DNA from: Callorhinchus milii
Lineage: Eukaryota
DNA length: 64,000 nucleotides
Direction of reading: 5' to 3'
Assembly (NCBI RefSeq): GCF_018977255.1
Contig: NW_024704742.1
Location: 99,264,001-99,328,000 of the forward strand
Shown: positions 11,561 to 23,949 of the stretch, one piece after another
Position numbering within the stretch: the stretch's first letter is position 1
How the letters are laid out: each line of letters opens with the position of its first letter
The notes under the pieces: model-generated
What the model saw: the letters and a program-made list of their open reading frames with translations, nothing else
Database searches by the model: none
What the model was told of the DNA's origin: nothing
Program-made: the position numbers and the translations under genes

Positions 11561-13685
11561 TGAATACACGTTAAACATTACACATACAGTTCAGTAATAT
11601 TCACTGTAAGTCTACCACTGGGAACTTTACATAAAGCACAATGTACTTCAGCGCAGTGCCGTTCAAGGTTTGCCTGTCAATGAGGCAACCATCAAAAATG
11701 CATTTTAGATCAGAAGTCATATATCAGAGAGCGCCATAAAGACGAGCTATGTAATTATTAATATTGTGTAAAGCCAATTTACCAGGCCAGATCTTTTCCT
11801 CTGCAATACCTGATGATGTTATGCATAATGACACAAGTAGTCAAACTCCCACTCTGAAAACACTTTGAATATACCCTAAAGGCCTGTTACACTTTTTGGG
11901 TCTGCATGAGGATATATATTACTATAGCTTGCTAATTTTTATGGCAGCGCTGTAATTAGATGGCATAAGCAATGCATGCAAGAATGGACTTGTGGTCCTG
12001 CCATATCCTGTAAGGAGCAACATGTAGCTGAATGAAACACTGCATGTCATCTCTCCCTTCAACAACAAACAACTGATCACATAGCAAAAGAATCCAGAGG
12101 CACAATGCTATTGAGTGGCTGTTATGTGCACAGTAATCAACTCTTTCTTGCAAACTCTACAACATCCTTAAATTTGACGCAAAGCCTGAAAGGTGAAGGG
12201 TCTCAAGGTGTTTCAAAGGTAACCAAAGGTAAATGTAGTGACTGTGTGTATTTTTACGTAAATGTAGTAGCCACTTTGGATACCACAGGTTCTCATAAAC
12301 TTTATGTGAATGATTAATTTGTCTGGAGGATTGTTGGCTTCAACACTGGGGGGAAAACAACCTTCACTTTGAACTCCCTTTCATGAAGGATGGAATATTA
12401 GTTTAACATTTTATCCAAAGGACATCACCTGATGTTGCAGATCTCTGAAATTCCCAGTTTTACACTGAAGTGGACCCTACTGCCCCGGCTGCTCAGCAAA
12501 CACTGGCCTGCCATGACTCGTTCTCGTTCTCTCGTCCATCCAAAATTTCTCCACCCAACTTTTCCACCTTCAAAACATACCTTAAAGCCTATTTCTTCTA
12601 TTATATTTTGGACACTTCTCCAACCTGCAACAAGCCCTCCCCAGTCAGTTGTATGAGACATCCTCAAAGCAAATGGATACATTTCCGTATATATGAGACA
12701 CTCTTCTGACATGAAAGGCATTATAATCAATGTAAATTGTTAGCGTCAGCCTAACTTCATCTTTACCTTTCCTTATAATGGGACACCAGTGGAATATATT
12801 TTCTGTTTACCAATAAGACCATTGTGGATCTTCTGTTCTGCTCTTGTAGATGTGGCTGGTGATCCATTTTCACTTTTAATGGGACCAAGTCTAAGATAAA
12901 CACCCCTTCCAACACTCTTTCTCACTGATATGGTGGCTGACATTGATATGTACTCAAATGGCCCTAAGAGCAGAAAGTGAATGTAGGGCACTAGAGTACA
13001 AACAAACACATTGCATTTTGCTGAGTGGGAATTTAAAAAAATGGTGTTTACAGTCTCCAGCTACTGAAACTGTTTGATTCTTCTCTAAAGGTCATCTAAC
13101 AGTGTGCCAACAACAACAATGCATTGTGACTATTTAACCAACCTTCAACTATGTATCTGTTTGCCAGCAGATGCTCTGTCAATTGTACTGGATAAGAAGC
13201 ACCTCTGGGGGTGCTGGTGTATCTCAATGATTTACAATAGGAAAAACTTTGTGTGCAGTAGTGTCTTGGGTAACTCAACAACAAAAACTTGCACTTATAT
13301 AGAGCCCGACACACAGGGTAGAATCTTAGAGCACTCAGAACTCACTCCCCAACAAAACAATTAGGCCACGATTGATCAGTGGTTAGTAATTTTAAGGTAA
13401 TATTTGTTTATCATTTGATGTGTTATTTGGACATGGAGAGGTACCATTACTGGTTCTTGATTTTCCATATATGTCTAAATAACAATGAGGAGATCAATTA
13501 GAAACAGACTTAATTTTTTTTGCTGCTCATTTTACATCCTTCTAACTTATCCCCCGGTTAGCCCATTGTGGCCTTCTCTCTGGAACTCATTTCCAAGATC
13601 CCTTTGCCTTCTGCCCTCTCTTCATGCCTTTAAATCCCTTCCCTGATAACCTGGAAGTTGGCTATTTTTCTCTCGGAAAGAATCT

Positions 13686-13945
13686 AAGATGGCTGACTTC
13701 CAGGTCATTAGCTTGGCAATGCACAGCAAAGCAGGAAGTGACGTCGGCCGCAACCTAATGATCCAAGAGTCATTTTAACATAAAATCCAGCCGGTGAAGA
13801 AAGGTTATAATGCAGCATGTTGCAATGTGGCTGCAATGTGTTTAACAGCCTAGAAATGCACCAAACTGGATGACTTCTGGGTCATTACGTTGCCACCTAT
13901 GTCACTTCCTGATTTGTAGCTGCACAGCAAACAGAAAGTGACATT
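13686..13945. repeat. Compound inverted/direct repeat, probably a DNA-transposon relic
   Basis: 42-bp inverted arms at 13732-13773 and 13870-13911 (34/42 match) plus direct copies of subunits. Confidence 0.75.
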
Positions 13946-14701
13946 GGTAGTGGCCTAAAGAGAGCAAGGTTGCCTGCATACCAGCTCAATGAAACTGGCC
14001 ATCAATTCTATAGATTCCAACCACTGCGTTATAATGCATCGCCACTATATTTGCTGGTCTCAGCCTGCACTTAAACAGATACCATTCTTATTCAGTTCAG
14101 CAAGGTAGAGAATTAAAATTGGGTTAAATTCCCATAGTAACCCAGTGCAATATATTGCACTATATAGTCCCATGATCTCTGGTTTATGGGAAAAGATGCA
14201 CTGAAGATTGCGAGAAATCCTGAGAAAGGAGAACAATAGCTGCAAAGAGGCCGCGTTTCACTTAATCAGTTAACAATGTTAAACCTTGCTTAATGGATCC
14301 TCGTGCTCGAACACATTGCTGCCAGCAGGCTGGTCAGAGTCAATAAACAACATTCTGGATTGACTTCAATGTCTTGCTTTGTGTTTAAATCTCCATTTGA
14401 TCCATAAAAATGAGTAGCAAAGTTCAATCTCTCCTCGATTCACATCACTAACATTCCCATTCGTGGGAAATGCAGGCAACATCGGTTGTAATTTCTATTC
14501 AAACTGCCTGACTGAAGTAACCAGTGATCCCTTGCTCAGGGAAAATGGGAAATGGCTGTAAATGAATACCATATGAGTTATCTTAAGGTTAAAAGAGGGA
14601 TATGGAAAGCATGTGTTTGTGTGTATGTGTTGTAAATGGATAACAGGTGACAGCAGGTTAGGGTGCAGCATCTCACAGCTGAATAACAGCAGACACTCAT
14701 A

Positions 14702-14943
14702 GGATGGAATTCCACATGGGTCTAAATTTACTTTAATTTTGTGGCATCTTAGAGTTTCTAGAAATTAGCAAATTCTTCAAGAAACCATCGATTTCCAAGA
14801 TGATTTTCTTAAGAAGATGTTTTAAGAAACTGAGGAAAACCAACCTCAAAGTTAAATTTGAATTCCACAGTTTGCAAGTTCTGGAAGCATTAAAATGTTA
14901 CATAAATAAATAGAGTAAATCTAGACCCGGGGAATTTCTTGCC
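14702..14943. mobile_element. Palindromic MITE of the same family as 11384-11560
   Basis: gaattccacatgggtctaaatttact ... agtaaatctagacccggggaatttc inverted termini. Confidence 0.7.
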
Positions 14944-15380
14944 ACTGTAGAATAGGGCTTTAAGAAATTCCACCTAGTATTAGGCTGGTTAGACAGCTTT
15001 GTTTGATTTTAGAATTACGGGAACCCGGTTTCCAAATTAAGACTGAATATCTGATTTTACATCATTTTGCTGATCTGATATTTTAAGGCAAAATGACCTT
15101 AAGCGCGACAACTATGACAGTATTTAACTCTCCTGCTTTTTCCCTGTACCCTTTTATATTCATCTTCTTGATACAAGCATCTATCTAATTCCCTTGTAGG
15201 GGAAATTGTGAACTCTGCTTCAACTGCAGTTTGTGCCAGGAAACTCCACATTCCAGCCACTCTCTGTAAAGAATTTGAATCGCTTTAATTCTGTCATTTC
15301 TTAAATGTGTTCCAGCTCATTATCAACTCGCTGAACAGTGTGAACATCTATTACTTCTCATAACCCTTCATAGTCTCAAA

Positions 15381-15637
15381 CCTCTGTTTACCTAGCAGTA
15401 AGTAGGAACCCAACCGATTGGTGGATCACTTTTTCGGGGGTAATAATTCCTTCCAAAAAAATCATAAATTAATCACTTCAATCCACAACTGTTTGTAGAA
15501 CACTGCTGTGTGCAATTGGCTGCCGCGTTTCACCCACAAGATATAGTCAATTCACTTTGCAGTATATTTTGTGAAGCGCTTTGAGACATCTCGAAGACGT
15601 GATAAGGCACTATATCAAATGTAAGGATTATTATTAT
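15381..15637 (+). mobile_element. 5'-truncated Meta/Deu-tail SINE
   Basis: Colinear with 2985-3243. Confidence 0.85.
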
Positions 15638-15739
15638 TTGAGATTGCTGTTACTAGGGAATCCAATGCCCAGCATGAACCTTGGCCCTCAGGAGTGGAGG
15701 GGAGAACAAAATTGAAGGACAAAACTCACAGAAATGCTT

Positions 15740-15925
15740 GTAATAATAATAATAATCCTTGCATTTGATATAGGGTCTTATCTCACCATCAAGACATCTC
15801 AAAGTGCTTCACACGATTTTACTGTGGAGTGCAACGACTATGTATTTGTAGATGAATGTGGTAGTCAATTTGTACACAGCAATGTACCACAAAGAGCCAT
15901 GAAGAGAATGACTAATTTCACATTT
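15740..15925 (-). mobile_element. SINE 3' half
   Basis: (aat)n ccttgcatttgatatag tail. Confidence 0.8.
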
Positions 15926-17941
15926 AGGGGCACAGTTGTAGTGCCAACAGTACTCATAATAATATATAATATATAATATAATAATCATAATAAAGCTGGC
16001 TCCAGCCTGCTCCACGTCCCCAGCTCGGGTCTGAAAAGCTGTACGCTGTCCAGCACCTTGAGATGTTCTCCTGACATGAAAGACGTTGTACAAATGTAAA
16101 TTTGTTGTTGTTGTTGCGTTGTTAACATTTAGCTTCTCTTAATGGCGTATTGTCCTGTCAAACTGTTAAATATAATAATCATCCTTGCATTTGATATAGC
16201 GCCTTAACATGTCTTCCAGACATCTCAAAGCTTCATAGAATATACTGTAAATAACTGGAACATATTGGTATCTTCAAAACTACTATGGCCTATTCCTCCC
16301 TGATCGAGCATGAATTTTAAAACCTGTTTTATAAACTGTTTCAAGTAATTCATTGCAAACGATTTCATGCAGCAGTGGACAGAGAAGCTTCTCTCATGAA
16401 AAGCCCCTGGAGTCAACCCTTGGGTGTTCCTGCTTCAGGCTCCTATTAAACATTCCAGGGCTTGAGCCAACCTGAAAAATTCCCAACCCTGACAACGTTC
16501 TTTTAAACATGAAAACCCAATAATTGCCATGTGCCACAAAGCATTCTACAGCCAACGCTGGCATTCTGTCATGGCTGAGAGATTTACAGAGAAACTCCTG
16601 TCACTCAACAGCTTGTTAAACAAAAGAACGGAGAGAATTGGTTTAATGAGTCAGGAACACACCAGAGAATGGAGGTGGAGCTGGTACATGGACCTTGTGA
16701 AGTGCTTAAAAAAAGCAATGCAGAAAAGTGCAGTTAAAAGTCAGACAACTGAAACACTTTCAAAATGAGCAAGAGGTTTGGAACTAAAATGTGAACAAAT
16801 GACAAATAGAGAAGCTAAAAAAGAAAATCTACTCTTTGACTTGCTGATATCCTCTCTCGTTCCCCTGTTGTGTCCATAATTGTCCCCAATTTGTATTGTC
16901 GATTACTGCTGATTTTGTTTACAATAAATTTATTTGCAATTTCTGAAGAGATGAAATCTGGTTGATGCAAACTCTGTGGTAGCATTCAATGGTCAGGAAT
17001 AATTGCAACTCAGCTTTAGAGTGTTTCGGAAGCAACTACCACAACAACAAAATTATATTTATATCGAAACACTTGGTAAAGGAGATGGACTAATATTAAA
17101 AGCATTGGAAAGTACTGTGAAAGAAAATATTTCTTCATCCAGAGGGTAATTAACTCCTGGAACAGATTATCAATAAAAGTGGTTGAAGCCAGGAGACTTA
17201 AAACACAGCTTGATGGCATGATGGGAAAATACAGAGCAAGTATTCTGGAGGGATGAAATCCAAAGGTTTTTTTTAACCAATCTGGATCTCTCTACCAATT
17301 CAATACACGGTATCTATTTTATAACATAGGGGAAAGCTATATTGCTTCTATCACTCAGTACCATAAACATTTTGGCAAAAACTGATAATTTTCTATAATA
17401 AACTGGCAATTGCCTTGGATCCATAACTTACGTGGTACTGCAGTTTGAATAGATAATGAATTACATTGATCCTATGCTGGGCCAGAATTATCCCTTGAAT
17501 TACAATGGATGGGATAATGAATTGCACCTCATGTCAAATATAAACACTGTTAACAGATGCGTAAACTGTCAAAGCATTGCAGCTATCTGCCATGTAACTC
17601 CATCCAATAAAATTTACAATTGAAATGGGAACTGTCTCTGCCAGTAAAGAAGCTTGTTCTAATGAATTTTCATAACACTACAGAACACCCATATACCTTA
17701 CCCATTCCAAGAATCATTGATTAAAAGCTATAATAAATTGAAGAGTAAATAAAGCATAAATAATGCTGCTCTCAAAAGCTCCTCTACTGTAAAAATGATA
17801 GAAAATAATTGGAGGACAACAGAAGTATAACGTGGCCTGATATAAAAGGGGAGCCCTTACTCCGGTTTTAAAATTGCCCCTTTATGTCTGTAGATATAAA
17901 TTGCCTACAGGGAACTACAGCCTGGGAGAGTGGCTACTATT

Positions 17942-18135
17942 GGCAGGAAATTCTACCTGGTTCTAGATTTACCTTATTTATGAGGCATTTCGGAGAGTCC
18001 AGAACTTGTTAAACATTCCGTTCTTTCAACAACTACAGAATACCAATCTTTAGAGTTTAAATTGAATCCAACACTTTGCCAAATATTAGAGCTCTGAAAT
18101 GCTACATAAATAGAGCAACGTTTGTAGACCCAGGT
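17942..18135. mobile_element. Palindromic MITE, same family
   Basis: ggaaattctacctggttctagatttacc ... aaatagag...gtagacccagg. Confidence 0.6.
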
Positions 18136-19624
18136 TGTATTGATTCATGTATTCCTTATTATACCAATGAGGCCACTGTGAAATTCAGAAACTTAAAAGC
18201 TATTGGAAATAATATTTAAACTTATGATCAGTAAAAATTATGTTTCCCCTTCATCAAAAAGAATATGTATGCTTTACTTTCCTTCCATGAATATTTAAGG
18301 GTGTTACATTTTAATTACATTCATTTCAATTATTTAATAACTTTTTATTGCCAATCTTTGGGAAAATGAGATAAAGTCTGGCCACCCTGGGACAATCTCT
18401 CTTGAAGACTGAAGATTGAGGGGGTTGATGCCACGATAGATGTGTTTAAGGTTATGAAGGTTTGAAAAGTTTGAATTCAGATAAGTTTTCTGCCGTGTAC
18501 AAAATTGCAGATGACAACAAAACAATAACTTGCAATTTATATCTCGGAGCGCTTCACAATGACGGCATCAAACGCTGAGCAAGGAAGAAGCAGGAGGCAA
18601 AAGGGGATAGGGAGGCATGACTTTAAGCTCAGTCTATGCAGTAGATTGGGATTTAAAGAAAGATAGAGAGGGTGTGAGATAGAGGTTTAGGAAAATTAGT
18701 TCTAGATGTTAGTAGCTCCCCAAATCCCAGCTCAGGTCCTAACCCCATGATTGTCTAGCACCCTGGGATGTTGTTCCAACGTGAAGGGCGCTATACAAGA
18801 GTAATTTGTTGTTATTGTAGCTGGTTTGGCCACCAATGATTACTTGAAGGAGTGGGGGAGCCAAGGGATGGGGGTGAGCAGAAGAGTGAGGTGTGAGACC
18901 AGCACTGAGATAGGGTGATACTAGGGCATAAATGGACTTATTGTGATCCTTTGTTTTCCCTTGGGTGAAAACAACTTACAAAAATGGAACAGCAGCAGCC
19001 AATAGTTTGTAAAGGACCTTTGAGGTAGAATTTTCTTTCCATTGTCTGTGAAAGAAGTAGAAAATTCCTGCCCAGAGTCTGGATTGATGCAAGTATTAAT
19101 GTTTACAGTGGTGATTGAAAAGCAAGAGTCAGTTTAGACTTTACTCATTGAGGACTGTCCGATATTGCCCAACGAGAATGCACAACTCTTGTCATGTGAG
19201 TCTGTTTCAATAGTTTTAAGCAAACTTTCCTGTTGTTTATCCTGGCAAGGCCCTGCGTATTGTCCTGTCCCTGCATGATTAGGCTGATGAAAACAAGGGA
19301 GATTGACGTTCAGAGGCTCAGAAACTCACAAGAGAATGTTTGACTCACAGGAGAATGATTTTAATTAGCCTGACCGATATTACCATTCTGCCACAATTGA
19401 GTTGCTAATTAAAAAGAATTGAAAAGGTTATTTTTTTAAAATAATATATTTGTTTCAAGAGGTGTGATGCACTGTCACCGAGTGAAGCAGATCTGTGTTT
19501 TGCATGGGCAGAAGGGAGGTGGGTTGGACTGGATGAGAGCTAACTTTCTTCAGTTGTAAGTTAACAAGACTGAGGCCCTCTGATTGGCTCCCGCCAGCCC
19601 TCCACACCTCAGGCACTGATAGCC

Positions 19625-20380
19625 TCACTATCCAAGGATGCACACTCTACCTCACTAAGCCATTCAGGAACCTTTGCGTCTTGTTTGACCCTCAACTATC
19701 CTTTCCTCGCCACATCTGTCTCATCTCCCACTCTGTCTTCCCCCACCTCTGCAACATTGCCCGGCTTCGCCACCGTCTCACTCCGCAGACCGCCAAAATC
19801 CTCATACACACATTCCAAACATCCAGGACTTGACTATGCAAACTCCCTGCTTGTCGGCCTTCCCAACCCCTCCCTCCATAGGCTGCAAATCATCCAGAAC
19901 TCTGCAGCCCATGTACTTTCCTGCACCAGGCTCTGTGACCCTATCACCCCCATCCTTGCCCAACTCCACTGGCTTCCCATCACACAGAGGATACAGTTCA
20001 AGATCCTGGTCCTCACCTTCAAAGCCCTCCTTCAAAACTTACTCCCCCCACAACTCTGCGACCTACCAACCTGCCTGCTTCCTCCGCTCAGTGAGCTCCG
20101 GCCTGCTTCATGTCCCCCGTCTCACCTGCCCCACCATTGGCGGGCCTTCAGCCATTCTGCCCCCACCCTCTGGAACTCCATCCCGCAGTCCCTCCGCCTC
20201 GGCTCCTCCCTTGCCTCCTTCAAGAACCATCTCAAGATCCTCCTCTTTGACTGTGCCTTCAATCACCCTCCTTCCCCCTTGTGCCCTCCACCCACCCCCG
20301 ATGCCGACCTCCAACTTGGGTGTGAAACACTGATTGTCCAGCGCCTTGGGACATACAAATGTAATTTTGTTGTTGTTGTT
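19625..20380 (+). mobile_element. L2 LINE 3' portion, degenerate
   Basis: LDYANSLLVGLPNPSLHRLQIIQNSAAHVL...HWLPITQRIQFKILVLTFKAL with frameshifts; (TTG)n tail. Confidence 0.9.
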
Positions 20381-21383
20381 AGACAGACATCTGCTGGGAT
20401 CTTGTCAAACTGCAGTCTGTCTGTGTTTTCATGCTTCTACATGTTGCACTGGCACACAGGCTTACCATAGCGTCTGTGTGTCACTCCAGCTGACGTGTGA
20501 GGAGGCAAAGACTTGCTGGATTAGAAGACCCCAAATTAAATTGTTTAAAAGATATCATAAAAAAACTGTTATGTGACTTTGCACTGCTAAGGGATGAGGA
20601 TCTGTTGTATTCTCTGTGAAAAACAATAAAAAACACTTCAATAAGCCACACTGCTTCATTAACCAGAGGTGAATTCAGTCCATCGGTGCAATCCCTAACC
20701 ACCAGCTAATTCTTCAGTAATATTGTAACTTGTATAACCTTTATTCCTCACACATGACGCCAACTCAAACAGACATTGTAAGGCACCTACTTGCAGTATA
20801 CAGGCCAATGTTTAAGTTAAAAACTGAACTCACAGTGTATCTACACACACCACAAGGTCCATACCTCATTCATGATCTGACCTCATATTTCTGGCATCCA
20901 ATGCTGAGACTCCAACCCCCCACTCAAATTCTCCACAATAAACCTGGCATGCTGCAAAGTCCTCACCTACGTAAAGCCCGTCTTCCGATCCTCTTAGTGA
21001 CATTGAGGTAATAGGTTCTGGATTTAGAGCGCATTTTCCTATCCATGTCAAAACCTCTGTTCCTTTTGACAGCTTTCAGTCGACTCAAGAAATGGACATG
21101 ACCAGTGCCCTCTGAGTGAATGTGTAATCAAAAGCATGTGATGGCTGATATAAACTTCAATGGTATGTAACTCACTTAGCAGCGAAACAGATTCCAGATT
21201 TAAATGTCCCAATATGTCTTCGTTCTCTCTCTGTTCTACTTTCTAATGTAATTACTGCCAACATTCAGTCCCCAGCTTTTACGAGGGTTAATGCACGTCG
21301 ATAACATTACTTTCCTGAATCCTCAAAGGTGTAAATCTTTCTAATAAAAGTCCATTATTTTCTGCTCTGAGACAGATTACTCA

Positions 21384-21808
21384 TTTCCCTAGTCCCCCTT
21401 CCCCCACCTCCTGTGTACACACACAGCAAGTATTGTGTGACTATTTAATCTGTGAGACTCGGTGTTAAAATGATAACATCGAAACTGCTTAGAAATCTTT
21501 CTCGGAATCTCCTGGGTTCATGAAAGACGCTCATTGTATTTAGTGCTTGGACATGTCACGATGCCTAAAATTGGACCAATTCCTAAATTCAAACTTAATT
21601 TGGAAACCGGTTTGTTTTAAGAACTATGAAAACGGCTTCCAAATTAACACTGAGTTTAGGAAGTTTTCATAATTTCATGCAATCTTAAATTTTAATGATC
21701 ATGGAATTTGGGAGGTATGTTGTTTCCCTATCCCCCACCCCCAGCATATGCACACAGTAAGTGTTGTGTAACACTACTTAATCTGTGAGACTCACTGTTA
21801 AAATGATA
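21384..21808 (+). repeat. Imperfect ~90-bp direct repeats flanking a MITE-internal fragment
   Basis: ttaatctgtgagactc..tgttaaaatgataa occurs in both 21384-21476 and 21723-21808. Confidence 0.75.
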
Positions 21809-22037
21809 AAGAAGAGCTGACAAATTGCTTGACTGTTTCAATATCACTGACATATAATTTCTCCAACTTGACTTTCTGGATCTGTTCAAAAACATTTGAA
21901 CAACAACTTGCATGTATAGAGAAGGTTATGTACAGATCCTGTAAATGTGTGCATTGTAGCTTATGTGATATTGTGCAAAGATAAGCTTCCGTTTACAAAT
22001 TGTTGCAATTTGACTTGTTGGCGCTGACAGCATCAGC

Positions 22038-22837
22038 ATCCAAGGCTGCACTCTCCTTCTCTCAAAGCCAGTCAGGAACCTCGGGGTTCTGTTCGACCCT
22101 GAGCTGTCCTTTCTCCCTCATATCCGCGCCACAACTGGCACCACCTTCCATCACCTCCGGAATATCGCCAGACTACGGCACTACCTCACCCCTCACGCTG
22201 CTGAAACACTGGTCCATGCCTTTGTCACCTCAAGGCTGGACTATGGGAACTCTCTCCTCGCCGGCCTTCCCGGCACCTCCCTCCACAAGCTGCAGGTCAT
22301 TCAGAACTCTGCAGCTCGTGTACTGTCCCGCACCAGGCTTCGGGACCACATCACTCCCACCCTCGCTCGCCTCCACTGGCTCCCCATCCCCCAGAGGATC
22401 GAATTCAAGATCCTCACCCTCACCTACAAGGCCATTCACGGCCTTGCTCCCTCCTACCTCTCCAACCTACTATCCCCCTACCTACCCGCCCGTACCCTCC
22501 GTTCCTCTGGCTCCGGTCTGCTCCACATCCCCCGCCCCAACCGCCCTACCATCGGTGGTCGGGCCTTCAGCCTCTCAGCCCCAAGGCTCTGGAACTCTAT
22601 CCCCCAGTGCCCTCGCCTTACCTCCTCCCTTTCCTCCTTCAAGGCCGGTCTCAAGACCTTTCTCTTTGACCGTGCCTTCAGCTCCCCTCTCGACTCTCTA
22701 CCCCCTCCTCGCTCCCTCCCTTCCCTCCCCTCACCCTGACCATTTCCCCCCTGCTCGGGTCCTGACCCAACTGTACAGCGCCTTGGGACGTCCTCCCGAC
22801 GTGAAAGGCGCTCAATAAATGGAATCTTGTTGTTGTT
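22038..22837 (+). mobile_element. Young 5'-truncated L2 with an uninterrupted ORF2 C-terminal frame (22038-22739)
   Basis: VRNLGVLFDPELSF...SRLDYGNSLLAGLP...LQVIQNSAARVL...HWLPIPQRIEFK...FKAGLKTFLF; (TTG)n tail. Confidence 0.95.
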
Positions 22838-23404
22838 TTTCTGTATTTTCACAAGACCAAGTTTGTAAAAAAAATCTAGGATAAAGGCTGCCAATTTTCT
22901 GCTTTTCTCTCCTGAACATGATCGTTTTCACTAAGAGTTTCAATCTCCATATTCCTAACATACCACACTTGCTATATCATATAGCCATAGCTTTAACAGT
23001 ACCTGATTTCATATATAATACATTAACACGGCAGTGAACATTTCCAGCTGAGATTCAGCACCCTGCATTTCACTAACAGTTTTAATAGTGAACTAAGCAT
23101 CATTTTTCCGTCAGTCCTTTAGGAAAAATAAGCCAACAAATAAACTAAGAAAAAATAACAATATTGCATTCAATACAAGTTTTATCATTTTCAAACATCT
23201 CAAGGTGCTTCACCCTGATGAATGTACTTTGTAGACTGCCACAACAGGTAATCTCCACCAGTATCATCCCATAATCAGCAATACAACAATCACTTGATAA
23301 TAATAATCCTTACATTTGATTTAGTGCCTGATTACGTCTTCAAGACGTCTCAAAGTGCTTCACAGATTATATTGTAAAGTGAATTGACTGTATTTTGTAG
23401 GCAA

Positions 23405-23830
23405 AACTTGCATTTATGTAGCACTCTTCAGGCAAGGTAGTGTCCCGTAGCACTTGACAGTGGCGGAGCACGAGCCAGAGGGAGGAGGGAGGTGACCATA
23501 AGCACGATCAAAAACAAAGGTCTTTAGGCGGGATTTGAAGGTGGGGAGAAAGGGGACAAGCTTTGAAAATGAGTGAGAGGATCTTGAAATCGATCCGTTC
23601 AGTAATTGGGAGCCAGTGGAGCCTGGCAAGGACTGGTGTGATGGGGGTACGGAGTTTTGTGCCGGTGAGTTTTGAATTCATTGAACTTTGTGTATGGTGG
23701 AGCTGGGGAGACCAGCAAGGAAGGCATTGGAATAGTCCAGCTGGGAATTGACAAAGGTCTAGATGAGGTTTTCAGCTGCGTTGGTTGTGAGATACAATCA
23801 AAGATGAGCAATGCGGCAGAGGTGGAAAAA
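23405..23830 (-). mobile_element. Degenerate L2 3' portion
   Basis: gggagccagtggagcctggcaag is the reverse complement of LARLHWLP; gaatagtccagctggga of SQLDYS. Confidence 0.85.
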
Positions 23831-23949
23831 CACTGTAAATCTAAATTCCGTGGTTGCGGTAGGTGTAAGAGAGCACCCAAACTGATCAGGGGAAACCTTA
23901 AAGTATACCAGTGAAAACATAAACCAAAGTATAATAGGTCTAACTCCAT

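Noticed and set aside
12773..12964. Minus-strand acceptor plus ORF (GPFEYISMSATISV...)
   Set aside because: The stop precedes the apparent donor, there is no homology, and the other frames are closed.
19685..22818. Longest ORF-track entries (261 aa and 272 aa)
   Set aside because: Both are L2 ORF2 remnants or alternative frames of C-rich L2 sequence, not host genes.
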